Below, piece by piece: positions 38,217 through 47,857 of a DNA stretch of 64,000 nucleotides. The translations under genes were made by a program, and so were the position numbers. Below the pieces are notes generated by a model. That model was not told the origin of the DNA and did not search any database. It saw only the letters and a program-made list of their open reading frames with translations. Every line of letters begins with the position of its first letter. Position 1 is the first letter of the stretch. The stretch spans positions 5,123 through 69,122 of the IMG/VR virus record IMGVR_UViG_2541047519_000001; one strand, written 5' to 3'. This stretch comes from a virus (lineage: Duplodnaviria; Caudoviricetes).

Positions 38217-40634
38217 ATGATGTCAGGCACTATATCGGTAAATTCTAATGTAAAAGAAACAATTCAAAGCCTTTTACCTGGATCTAAAGTGATTAAATTG
38301 CGAGGGTACAGCGGAGGAAATGAAAATTACAGGATTGCAAAGCAGCCGGTAGGAAAGTGGAAGGATGGAGCCGGGCTAACCAGTGCAGAAATTGAGAAGG
38401 TACTAAGCCGCCAACACTGGATAGGTGCAACCATTCCAGCTGGAAGAATTGTAATTGATGTGGACGACGCCGAGGAAGGTTTATTGCTTAAGGATTTACT
38501 TGAAGCAGAGAGTGTGGCACATCACACAATAAAAACCCCTAATGGATTTCAATTCATCTTTTCTAAAAGAGATGAAGCTAAAATCAGCCAAGTGGCAAAG
38601 TTCTACAGTGCAGTCGGGATTCGCATTGATACTAAACCGCCTTTATCCGGCTATATTGTATGGCCCACAAAGAACACTGAAGGTCGGTACATCATTAGTC
38701 AGTCTTTTGAGGAATTAGATGAGTTGCCCGAGTATTTAAAGCCAGTATGGAATAGCAGTAACACAAGGGATTATGTTTTTCCTATACCATTGAAAACTCG
38801 GGGAAGCCGAAATAATACCCTATATGATTTTGGAAGGCGGCTGCGGGTTTGCGGGGTACCTGATGAAATCCTAAGCCAGGCATTGGGGCTTATCTATACT
38901 CATTTTGTTTACGATAAGACCGACTTTCCGCAAAGTCAATTAAATACTTTAGTGAAATCATTACTTAAGCTGGCAGTCAGTAAATCAATAAGGGTTAAAG
39001 AGTATTCTAAAACTGAAAGCGGCACAGTTGCTACCATCCCATATCCTTTTAACGTGGTAGGGAAAGCCTTATACATGTTTCAAAAAAAGGTAAAGCGAAA
39101 TGGAGATATTGAAGAAAAAAACATTATGGTTGCCCGTCATGTACCTTACATCAAAAGAGAGTTGCATAATATGGAGCAGTCACAGGTCTTTTATGAAATA
39201 AAATGGGAGGATAAGGGTAGGACGGTAACGGAATTAGTTCCTGCAGGGGCACTGGCTACCAAAAAAGAAATGATGCCGTTAGCAGATAAGGGCTTCCCTT
39301 GTAACGACATCAACGCGAGGTTGCTTATTCAATATTTTGATACTGTTCTGGCTTTCAGTGAAATCTCTAGAGGGAAGATGGTGGAACGCTTAGGGCATGT
39401 AAAAGATTACTTTGCCCACCCGCTGTTAGTAAAAGATTTTGAAATCCTTCCGAGCGATCAGGGAGAGAAACAATTACTCGAAGGGTTCCAGGTCTCGGGC
39501 ACAATTGAGGGATGGAGAGACACGGTTTTCAACAAAGTAAAAGATTATCCTAGAGTATTGTTTCTCGTCCTTTCCTCTTTCGCCAGTGTCCTGTTACATG
39601 ACTTGAAAGTGGACCCCTTCATTGTGGATATAGCCAGTAGTACGTCCCAGGGGAAAACTACGGCCTTAAGGGTTGCTGCAAGTGTGTGGGGCACTCAGCA
39701 ACTTATAAATGAATTTAATGCCACTAAGGTAAGTATAGAAAGAAAAGCAGCATTTTTAAACAGTTTTCCCTTATTATTGGACGATTCCAGAAAAGCCGAT
39801 GAAAGGCTACTGCAATCCTTTGTTTATACCTTCAGTGGTGGGAGGTCTAAGGGTCGGGGTTCACTGAGCGGGTCGCAAAGGGAGTTTACTTGGAAGAACA
39901 TTATGATAACCACCGGGGAAGTATCATTGACTGATTATGCAGCTAAGGCTGGAGGGGTTGCAGCCCGTATTGTAAGCCTCACGAACAGTCCATTTGATGG
40001 AGTGGAACATTCATTCTTTACCGAGTTATACCGAGCCTTAGAAACAAATTATGGGTGTGTGGGTTTAGATTTTTTAAGAAAGTACCAGGAACGTAAAAGC
40101 GAACTACTCCTTAGTTTTCATAAGGCCAGAGAGCATTATATGAAGAAAGCTCAAGGCAATGAAGTGCTTACAAGGCTGTCCCTTTATTATGCAACTGTCC
40201 ACTTCACAGGGCGACTCCTAAAGGTTTTGATGAACTTTGATATAGACTTAACTCTTTTGGATAAATTGTTTGATGAAATCGCCCGGGAAAATAAAGAGAT
40301 TGATAAGCCAAAGCAGTTACTTGAAGAATTACTGCAGGATTTAGATGCGGATCGTGAAGCGATTTATTACGAGTACCGTCCGAAACATCAAGTAAAAGCC
40401 ATCTACAGAGCGGGAGTGCTGTATTTAACGCCTGCATACCTAAGAGCTTTTTTGGGACCGGAATTGAAAATAACTCGCTCTGAATGGAGAAAAAGAGGCT
40501 TTACATTTAGTTTTGATGCTAAGGGCAAGACGGTTGATTATCAGCAAATTAAACACGCGGGTAAAAACTTTCAGGTGATTCCTCTAAATCAGGAAATTGT
40601 CAAGGATTTGGGGTTCAATTTCGATGTGAAATGA
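38217..40634 (+). CDS. Primase-polymerase / PriCT / DUF927 (Cch-like) helicase replication protein
   Basis: IDVD and TPNGFQF prim-pol motifs, GSRNNTLY PriCT, Walker A STSQGKTT, LLLDD, GRSKGRG. Confidence 0.88.
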   Translation: MMSGTISVNSNVKETIQSLLPGSKVIKLRGYSGGNENYRIAKQPVGKWKDGAGLTSAEIEKVLSRQHWIGATIPAGRIVIDVDDAEEGLLLKDLLEAESVAHHTIKTPNGFQFIFSKRDEAKISQVAKFYSAVGIRIDTKPPLSGYIVWPTKNTEGRYIISQSFEELDELPEYLKPVWNSSNTRDYVFPIPLKTRGSRNNTLYDFGRRLRVCGVPDEILSQALGLIYTHFVYDKTDFPQSQLNTLVKSLLKLAVSKSIRVKEYSKTESGTVATIPYPFNVVGKALYMFQKKVKRNGDIEEKNIMVARHVPYIKRELHNMEQSQVFYEIKWEDKGRTVTELVPAGALATKKEMMPLADKGFPCNDINARLLIQYFDTVLAFSEISRGKMVERLGHVKDYFAHPLLVKDFEILPSDQGEKQLLEGFQVSGTIEGWRDTVFNKVKDYPRVLFLVLSSFASVLLHDLKVDPFIVDIASSTSQGKTTALRVAASVWGTQQLINEFNATKVSIERKAAFLNSFPLLLDDSRKADERLLQSFVYTFSGGRSKGRGSLSGSQREFTWKNIMITTGEVSLTDYAAKAGGVAARIVSLTNSPFDGVEHSFFTELYRALETNYGCVGLDFLRKYQERKSELLLSFHKAREHYMKKAQGNEVLTRLSLYYATVHFTGRLLKVLMNFDIDLTLLDKLFDEIARENKEIDKPKQLLEELLQDLDADREAIYYEYRPKHQVKAIYRAGVLYLTPAYLRAFLGPELKITRSEWRKRGFTFSFDAKGKTVDYQQIKHAGKNFQVIPLNQEIVKDLGFNFDVK

Positions 40635-40639
40635 TGCTG

Positions 40640-40910
40640 AGTAGGAAAGGTAGGAAAAATGGATTTTCTGTATATTTTATTTTCCTACCTTTAAAACTTT
40701 TGTCATCAATGGGTTATATACATTTGTAGGATAGGTAGGCAAGGTAGGGCAACAAAATAAATATCACTGAATACAAAATTACTCCCACCACAGCCAGATT
40801 GATTGTAGAGATAACTTTTTTATCTTCCTACTATTCTACATTTCCTACCTAGTGCCTCACCACCTTGTGTTTCTTAGGATGATCTGGTAGGAAAAGCGGT
40901 AGAGGTAAAA
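40640..40910. repeat. GTAGG/CCTAC iteron cluster, putative origin
   Basis: Direct and inverted GTAGG clusters at about 40641-40657, 40683-40690, 40726-40749, 40827-40851 and 40887-40903, with AT-rich spacers, right after the primase. Confidence 0.7.
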
Positions 40911-41103
40911 ATAAAAGGAAAAAACAATTCTAAAAGAGTAGTTAGCAGATTGTTCCATGCCTAGCGGTAACATTTTGCTTTTCGAAAAGGTTGCGAAATT
41001 TAGCTTGTTTCGGAACTCTCCGTTTTTACGATAATACTAAATTTTACAGAGGTTATCGAAAAGTCTTCGAATAAATCAATCATGTTTGGAGGGGCGATTC
41101 TAT

Positions 41104-41514
41104 ATGAAGGACAATGAAACAAAGCAAAAATTTATTGAATTACGGGCTAAAGGAGTAAGTTTTCGCAAAATTGCGGAAGAACTAAATATTGCAAAAACAA
41201 CGATAATGGCATGGTCAAAAGTACACCTTACAGAAATAGAAAACTTGAAGGCAATCGAAATGGAATCACTACAGGAGCAATTCTATATGACGAAAAAGGC
41301 ACGAATCGAGTTATTAGGTAGAAAGGTTGAGCGGATGAAAAAGGAGCTTGAAAACAGGGACTTCTCAGATGTTCCATCGGATAAACTCTTAGATGCTTTA
41401 AGCAAAACGTTAAACCAGTTAAAGAAAGATGAGATCGAAACCACTTTCAAAGGTGAAGGAGATACATTTGAGGATTTATTGGTAACAATGAATACAGTTA
41501 CATGGAAACCATAA
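41104..41514 (+). CDS. HTH protein (small-terminase-like N-terminus possible)
   Basis: FIELRAKGVSFRKIAEELNIAKTTIMAW followed by coiled coil. Confidence 0.7.
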   Translation: MKDNETKQKFIELRAKGVSFRKIAEELNIAKTTIMAWSKVHLTEIENLKAIEMESLQEQFYMTKKARIELLGRKVERMKKELENRDFSDVPSDKLLDALSKTLNQLKKDEIETTFKGEGDTFEDLLVTMNTVTWKP

Positions 41515-41971
41515 CAAGTCCAAAACAAGACCAAAACTACTGGAACGATTCAGGAATAAAGGTACCTGTCTTTTGCTAGGTGCCTTTCTCCATTTTATAT
41601 GTACTTACAACAATAATCCTTTACTGCTTTGCTTAACTACAGCATAATTACATTGCTTTCTTCTTCTTTCACTTTTTTGAATTCTACTCCGTATCAGTTG
41701 AAATCCGTCTTATATGGTCTAATCCTGGCTTATGTATAAGGAGATAAAACCTACCAGGAAATGGTGCTAGAAAAAGGATTGGCCGCAACCGTTTATTTAT
41801 ACAATTATTAACCATGCTGGACGAGTTCCATGCAGCTCAAAATAAAGCAAGAAGCAATTTGATCATGGGAGAGTGTCTAAAAGTTATATAGGATTGGGAT
41901 CTCATAAAAAATAGGTTTTTCAAGTCATGCCGTTTTATGTTGTATAATCTTTAAAAAAAGGAGAAGAACCA

Positions 41972-43891
41972 ATGCCCAAACGAAAAACACACGACCAATT
42001 TCTCCTGGAAATGAAAGATGCCTATGGAGATGAATACATGGTTCTAGGAACCTATAAAAATAACAGCACAAAAGTGCTGTGTCGTCATAACGATTGTGGA
42101 TATGAATGGGAAGTGAACCCGAATAACGTCTTAAGAAAAAAGAGTCGTTGCCCGCGATGCTCGAATGAAGAACAAGGAAAAAAGAAGAGAAAATCGCATG
42201 AAGCATTTCTTTTTGAAGTGAAAGAACAGGTACAAGATGAATATACCGTTCTAGGTCAATACTCAACGAACAAAACCCCCATAAAGATGAAGCATAACCT
42301 TTGCGGTCACGAGTATCTAGTTCATCCATCGAGTTTTATTTCGGGAACAAGATGCCCCAGCTGTTTTAGAACAGCGAAGAAAACGACAGAGCAGTTCATT
42401 CAAGAAGTATTTGACTTGGTGGGAGATGATTTTACGGTTTTAGGCGAGTATGTGGATAATCATACCCATCTCCTCTTGAGACACAATACATGTGGGTTTG
42501 AATGGGACATTACACCGAATGGTTTTCTCAGAAATCAGGGTTGTTTGCGATGTTCGGGAAGGATGAAAAAAACGACGAAACAATTCAAAACAGAAATGTT
42601 TGAGAAAGTAGGAAATGAATACAGCATCTTGGGAGAATACATTCATGCCAATGAAAATATTAAAATTAAACATCATACATGCGGAACAGAATGGGATGTC
42701 CGTCCATCCAACTTTTTAAATAAGGGCTCTAGATGTCCTGCCTGTTTCGGGACCACCATCAAAGATGATGATAATAATCGGATAAGCAAAAGAACGCATG
42801 ACATGTTCCTGCAAGAGGTTAATAATTTGGTCCAAGATGAGTATCTCGTTTTGGGTGAATACGTAGACCTCAGAACCAAAATTAGCATGAAGCATCAAGT
42901 TTGCGGTCACACCTGGGATGCGAATCCCGGTGATTTTCTTCATCAGCAGACGCGCTGTCCTGAATGTTTCGGAAGCAAAAAGAGAACGACGGAAGAATTC
43001 AAAGAGGAAGTCTTCCTGTTAGTTGGAGATGAATACAGCGTTTTGGATGAATATACAAGCACTGACACCAAACTTAAAATGAAACATGTTTCTTGTAGAA
43101 GAGAATACGAAGTGACTCCATATCATTTTCTTAGTGGTAAACGTTGTGTGAAATGCAGGGGGTTGATGAAAAAATCTACCAAGGAATTTAAAGAAGAGGT
43201 GTTCCGCCGATTTGGCCACGAATTTACCGTCATGGGCGAATATGTAAACAGTGGCACGCCTATCCCCATCAAACATGAAGTCTGCGGATATGAATGGGGG
43301 ACCTATTATCGCCATTTTCTCAAAAGTGGGAAATGCCCCAAATGCGTGGGGAAAGTCCGATTGCAACAAGAAGAGTTTGTCTCCATTGTAGAAGGTTTGA
43401 CAGGAGATGAATACACGGTGATGGGTGAATATAAAAATTCCAACACTAAAATTGAAATGAGGCATAATAAATGCGGTCATGTTTGGAAAGTATCACCCCC
43501 TAACTTTACTCACGGCAACAGTCGTTGTCCTAAATGTAATGAGTCAAAAGGAGAAAAGGTGATTTGGTCTTACTTAGTATCACTTGTTGTTAATTTTGAA
43601 CAGCAACATTGGTTTTCAGATTGTCGGGATAAAAACCCCTTGCCATTTGATTTCGCTGTCTTTAACGAAGAAAATGAGCTAATGGGGCTAATTGAATACG
43701 ATGGTCAGCAACACTTTGAGCCTATTAAGAATTGGGGCGGGGAACTTCGATTTAAAGAAGTGCAGCGTAGAGACGGAATCAAAAATGACTATTGCCAAAA
43801 AAATCACATTCCGCTTCTTCGTATCCCTTATTATGAGTTCAAAAACATTCCAACACTTTTAGATGAGTGGTTATCCCAAATTGGAAAGTAA
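41972..43891 (+). CDS. Eight tandem zinc-module repeats plus C-terminal Vsr/DUF559-like nuclease
   Basis: 8 repeats of about 65 aa: K.T...F..E....GDEY.VLGEY......HxxCG..W...P..FL....CxxC; C-term PFDFAV...LIEYDGQQH...LLRIPY. Confidence 0.85.
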   Translation: MPKRKTHDQFLLEMKDAYGDEYMVLGTYKNNSTKVLCRHNDCGYEWEVNPNNVLRKKSRCPRCSNEEQGKKKRKSHEAFLFEVKEQVQDEYTVLGQYSTNKTPIKMKHNLCGHEYLVHPSSFISGTRCPSCFRTAKKTTEQFIQEVFDLVGDDFTVLGEYVDNHTHLLLRHNTCGFEWDITPNGFLRNQGCLRCSGRMKKTTKQFKTEMFEKVGNEYSILGEYIHANENIKIKHHTCGTEWDVRPSNFLNKGSRCPACFGTTIKDDDNNRISKRTHDMFLQEVNNLVQDEYLVLGEYVDLRTKISMKHQVCGHTWDANPGDFLHQQTRCPECFGSKKRTTEEFKEEVFLLVGDEYSVLDEYTSTDTKLKMKHVSCRREYEVTPYHFLSGKRCVKCRGLMKKSTKEFKEEVFRRFGHEFTVMGEYVNSGTPIPIKHEVCGYEWGTYYRHFLKSGKCPKCVGKVRLQQEEFVSIVEGLTGDEYTVMGEYKNSNTKIEMRHNKCGHVWKVSPPNFTHGNSRCPKCNESKGEKVIWSYLVSLVVNFEQQHWFSDCRDKNPLPFDFAVFNEENELMGLIEYDGQQHFEPIKNWGGELRFKEVQRRDGIKNDYCQKNHIPLLRIPYYEFKNIPTLLDEWLSQIGK

Positions 43892-43936
43892 ATTATATTT
43901 ATGTTAGACATAAAAAAAAGAAATGGGGAAGGTTTT

Positions 43937-44812
43937 ATGAGTAAATGTGCATTATGTGGTGAAGAAAGGGAGTTAGAAAAAAGCCATATCATCCCTAAAT
44001 TTGTTTTTAGGTCGATGAAGAAGAATTCACCGACAGGGAATATGCGTATGGCATCGCAGCCAAACAGAGTAATTCAGGACGGAGACAAACAGGCAATGCT
44101 GTGTGGCGTTTGTGAAGATAGATTCAGCCAAAATGAAACGATTTTTGCTAATAAAGTCTATCATCCTTATCATTCGGACAATCTCCAAGTGGTAGAATAT
44201 GGTCTATGGCTCAATTACTTCATCACATCCGTCAGTTGGCGAAGCCTGTATCTCGATATCATAGGATTTGTGAGTGAACAAAATATTGATATTAAAGAGT
44301 TAGATACGTTAATTGAAGCAGAACAAATCATGCGGGAATTTCTGCTTGGAAAACGTATTGACCTTGGTCATATTGAAAATCATATATTCTTTTTTGGTCC
44401 AATTAAGGAAGTGGCTGGGGATACCAGTGAATTTGAACTGCATACTGCCATAGGGGGAAGTGTTGTAGGCTACACCTATATCAGCCATGACTTCGACTCA
44501 TCCTATGTATTTTTAAATCTCCAAGGGATACTGATTGTAACCATCTTGAAAAAGGCTGTTGAAGAGGTCTGGAAAAATACCTTAGTCGGGGAAAACGGAA
44601 CCTTCAACATGGAAAAGCCAAATCATTCTGTATCATCTCCAGTTTTTAATGAGCTTTTCGCTTTGGCTAATGACCTTAAAGAATCGAGACAGAAAATTTC
44701 AGAAAGCCAAAAAGAAAAAATCGTGGAAGGTATAAAGAAAAACCCTGAAAGATTTTTAAAGAGTAAAGCATACCAGCGACTGAAAGACGATGAACGGATA
44801 AGAAAAAATTAA
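43937..44812 (+). CDS. Hypothetical protein with N-terminal HNH-like zinc motif
   Basis: CALC...SHIIPK...LCGVCE. Confidence 0.65.
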   Translation: MSKCALCGEERELEKSHIIPKFVFRSMKKNSPTGNMRMASQPNRVIQDGDKQAMLCGVCEDRFSQNETIFANKVYHPYHSDNLQVVEYGLWLNYFITSVSWRSLYLDIIGFVSEQNIDIKELDTLIEAEQIMREFLLGKRIDLGHIENHIFFFGPIKEVAGDTSEFELHTAIGGSVVGYTYISHDFDSSYVFLNLQGILIVTILKKAVEEVWKNTLVGENGTFNMEKPNHSVSSPVFNELFALANDLKESRQKISESQKEKIVEGIKKNPERFLKSKAYQRLKDDERIRKN

Positions 44813-44879
44813 ATAAATATGTTCTCTATTGGACTAGCGAAACCATTTTTGAAGTATTGTCGTTTCTAAAAGGGAACGA

Positions 44880-45060
44880 CTTTTATTATCATTAAATAAA
44901 CAATATACGATGTTGGTTTGTAAAAGTATACCATTATAAACACTATTACACTATTTAATTTATTAATGATATATTAGTTTTAAAAGGTCTGAAAAATATT
45001 TATAAACGTTTGTAAAGTAGTGTATATATTTATAAACTACTTTGTTATGATTTAAGTATC
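44880..45060. other. AT-rich putative res site
   Basis: Inverted AAAGTAG/CTACTTT and repeated TTTATAAAC upstream of resolvase. Confidence 0.35.
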
Positions 45061-45092
45061 ATACAGGAAAGCATCAAGGAGATACTTAAATC

Positions 45093-45722
45093 ATGAAAAA
45101 TAAAATATTCAGTTATATTCGAGTAAGCAGCAAAGACCAAAACATTGATCGTCAACTTAACGAAATGCTTGAACTAGGTATACATGAAAGGGATATATTT
45201 ATAGATAAGGAAAGCGGGAAGAATTTTAATCACCCTCAATACAAAGCACTAAAACAGTGCTTACGTGAAGGTGACTTACTTTATATAAAGTCGATTGACC
45301 GTTTTGGCCGAAGTTCTAAAGAGATTAAAAAAGAATGGGAAATCATTACTTCCGAAATAAAAGCTGAAATTAGGGTAATTGATATGCCATTGCTGGATAC
45401 AACACAACACAAGGATACTTTGGGGACATTTGTTTCTGATTTAGTATTGCAGGTTCTTTCGTTCGTTGCTGAAAAAGAAAGAGAGGATATTAATAGGAGG
45501 CAACGAGAAGGAATTGAATCGGCCAAAGCAAAAGGCAAACATCTAGGCAGACCGAAAATAAGCCTAGAATCATTAAATGAGAAACAGAAAGCAATTTTAA
45601 AAACTAAATATGAATCATGGAAAAAGAACGAAATAACGGCAGTTGAATTTATGAATAAAATTGATTTAAAGAAAAATACATTTTATAAAATCATGAAGGA
45701 ATATGAAGCGAATAGGCACTAG
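45093..45722 (+). CDS. Serine recombinase (resolvase/invertase)
   Basis: YIRVSS catalytic Ser, QNIDRQ, IDRFGRS, GRPK, C-terminal HTH. Confidence 0.93.
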   Translation: MKNKIFSYIRVSSKDQNIDRQLNEMLELGIHERDIFIDKESGKNFNHPQYKALKQCLREGDLLYIKSIDRFGRSSKEIKKEWEIITSEIKAEIRVIDMPLLDTTQHKDTLGTFVSDLVLQVLSFVAEKEREDINRRQREGIESAKAKGKHLGRPKISLESLNEKQKAILKTKYESWKKNEITAVEFMNKIDLKKNTFYKIMKEYEANRH

Positions 45723-45775
45723 CAATAGTGCCTTTTTAAATTTAAATCAAGAATAAGTTTGTGAAAAAATGTACT

Positions 45776-46622
45776 GTGCGAAACGTTTCCTTATAAGTGC
45801 TTAAACACGAAATAGGAGGATTGCTGAAAAGCAATTACAACTTATTAACCGAAACTCGGAATGAAAACCGTCATGTTGAGTTGAAACGAGTTATCTGATA
45901 CTCCTACATGCAAAGAACGGTAGTAGCCTGAATTTGTATGAAGCTAGGTAAAGTCGGCTAAAATGAACCTAAGTTCTACATAGAATATGGTCCACGATAG
46001 GTCGGGATGCTAGAAAATATCTAAAGTGAGAATGTCCAGTAGTAGGACTGACGAACTGACGAACTCACGAATGTACGGGTCTAGATTTTTGATACGCTCG
46101 AAAGACGTATACTGTAAACGCAGGGTCAAACACCGAAAAGTACGATTAGTACATAGGAACCTCGGCATATCCAACAAATGAGGATATAGGATTGACAGGC
46201 TCAAAGTAAGCACCTACGGATATATGTAAAGCTAGGTTAATCGGAACGTTGTAAGTAAGAAACATCCATTAATAAATAACTACTATTAGGATGGTGTCTA
46301 TAAGATGAGTAAACATCGAAGTGACTTTATTCTTGCGAAAGTAGGGGTATAGTACCAATGAAACGTGTAACGAGTGTGGAGGGATGGTCCCGAGTCTTAT
46401 TCTTTGAAGACGAATCAATTCAATAAAACTCACAGGGTCGAGTAAGATGATGGGACTTTTAGTGAATAAAAGGAGAAACAATCCATCGGTGAGTACAGCC
46501 TTACGACATGCAGAATATTATGGTATGCAAGACATATTTGAATGGAAAGAAAAGACCATTAGGAATTCCAACTATGAGAGATAGATTAATACAACAGATG
46601 TTCAAACAAGTATTAGAGCCAG
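45776..46622 (+). pseudogene. Group II intron 5' remnant with internally deleted RT fragment
   Basis: GTGCG 5' end; GTATAGTACCAATGAAACG...GGAGGGA domain; ORF from 46489 jumps from MSTALRHAEYYGMQDIF to GKKRPLGIPTMRDRLIQQMFKQVLEP; no domain V/VI seen. Confidence 0.8.
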
Positions 46623-46750
46623 GGACAGCGCGTTAAAGGTCTTCAAATAATTTCACTGACCACCTCTAAATATGTCAAAGTTGAAATATTGAGAATGGGC
46701 GAGAAAACAGGAGGAAATTAATATAAATCTAAACGCAAAAGGAGTTTAAA

Positions 46751-47362
46751 ATGAGTATTAGACATGTTTCGAATGCTGATAATGAGGGATGGTTACTTGT
46801 CAAGTTTTCAGGAAACAGTAACCCGGAAGCTCTACCTCAATACTTAAGAGTAGAATACATAAAGACTGAGGGGGGGCGTGATTATTTTAAGGTTATTGAA
46901 GGTGTACATGCAGGCAAAGAAGGAAGTGTAAAGCAAAAAGAAGGCGGTGGATCATATTTAATTGAGGGGGATCCAAAGCAGCCTGCAGCTAAGGTACACT
47001 TTGTCATAGGAAGTAAAAAATTATGGTATCAAAACGACGGGAGGTGGATTGGTCCTATAGATACTATGACCGATCCTGAAAATAAAGTTCCTGTCGGTAC
47101 GTACGATATTGAAATCCCAGATGCACCTCATAAGGTCCCAGATGAATATAAAGACAAATCGAGATTTGCAGGTACATGGTTTCGGATTGGTCATATAGGG
47201 GATCGCTACCTTCACCCAGGATCAGTATCAGCTGGTTGCGCTACAGTGACTGATATTCCCATATGGACAGATTTATATAATTACCTAATAAATCGTAGGA
47301 AAGATGATAAAAGTGTAGGCGAGATTTATGTTTTTGCAACGGATTCTGACCGCCCTCAATAG
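46751..47362 (+). CDS. Tlde1/DUF2778-like L,D-transpeptidase-fold protein
   Basis: YLHPGSVSAGCATV His/Cys motif; VPVGTYDI upstream; RBS AAGGAG; no signal peptide. Confidence 0.6.
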   Translation: MSIRHVSNADNEGWLLVKFSGNSNPEALPQYLRVEYIKTEGGRDYFKVIEGVHAGKEGSVKQKEGGGSYLIEGDPKQPAAKVHFVIGSKKLWYQNDGRWIGPIDTMTDPENKVPVGTYDIEIPDAPHKVPDEYKDKSRFAGTWFRIGHIGDRYLHPGSVSAGCATVTDIPIWTDLYNYLINRRKDDKSVGEIYVFATDSDRPQ

Positions 47363-47857
47363 ACAAGCATTACGTTTCGGGTTAGATAGCCAATTTACTT
47401 CGTAAGGTGCTTATATGTGTATCAGCAGGCTCGTAAATGCGGGCCTGCTTTTATTTGGAAATGTATCAACTTGCACTTTATGAAATAAGGAAATACTTTA
47501 TTTTCGTTAAACATGGTGAATTAACCTCCACAAGAGCGAGGAGAAGCGGAAACCCTCGGCAAAAGGAATCAGTTTCGAGAATCCTAATGAATACGGTAGT
47601 TTTCTTGGAGTTATATTTATTGCTCTTCTGTCAAGAAATACCGCCACAGCGTACATGTAGTCCATGTCAGCAATTGGCGGTGCCTTGTATTCGAGGGTGC
47701 TGCCTGCCTCTACTATTCTACATCGATTACGCTTAGCGTGTTTGCCTTGCTTATATAGGATAAAAAAGCCCGCTACAGAGTGAACTCCCAAACACCGGAA
47801 GAATAATTTATATAATTTTACAGTGTTTGGCAAAGATAGGAGTGTAATGTCAAAAAT

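Noticed and set aside
45776-46622. RT fragment as a retron, DGR or defence RT
   Set aside because: It has a GTGCG start and group II intron RNA motifs, the RT is deleted before YADD, and no TR/VR repeat pair was seen.
47437-47833. ORFs 47437-47736 (+) and 47507-47833 (-)
   Set aside because: They overlap each other with weak starts and no motifs; more likely a promoter region or decayed DNA.
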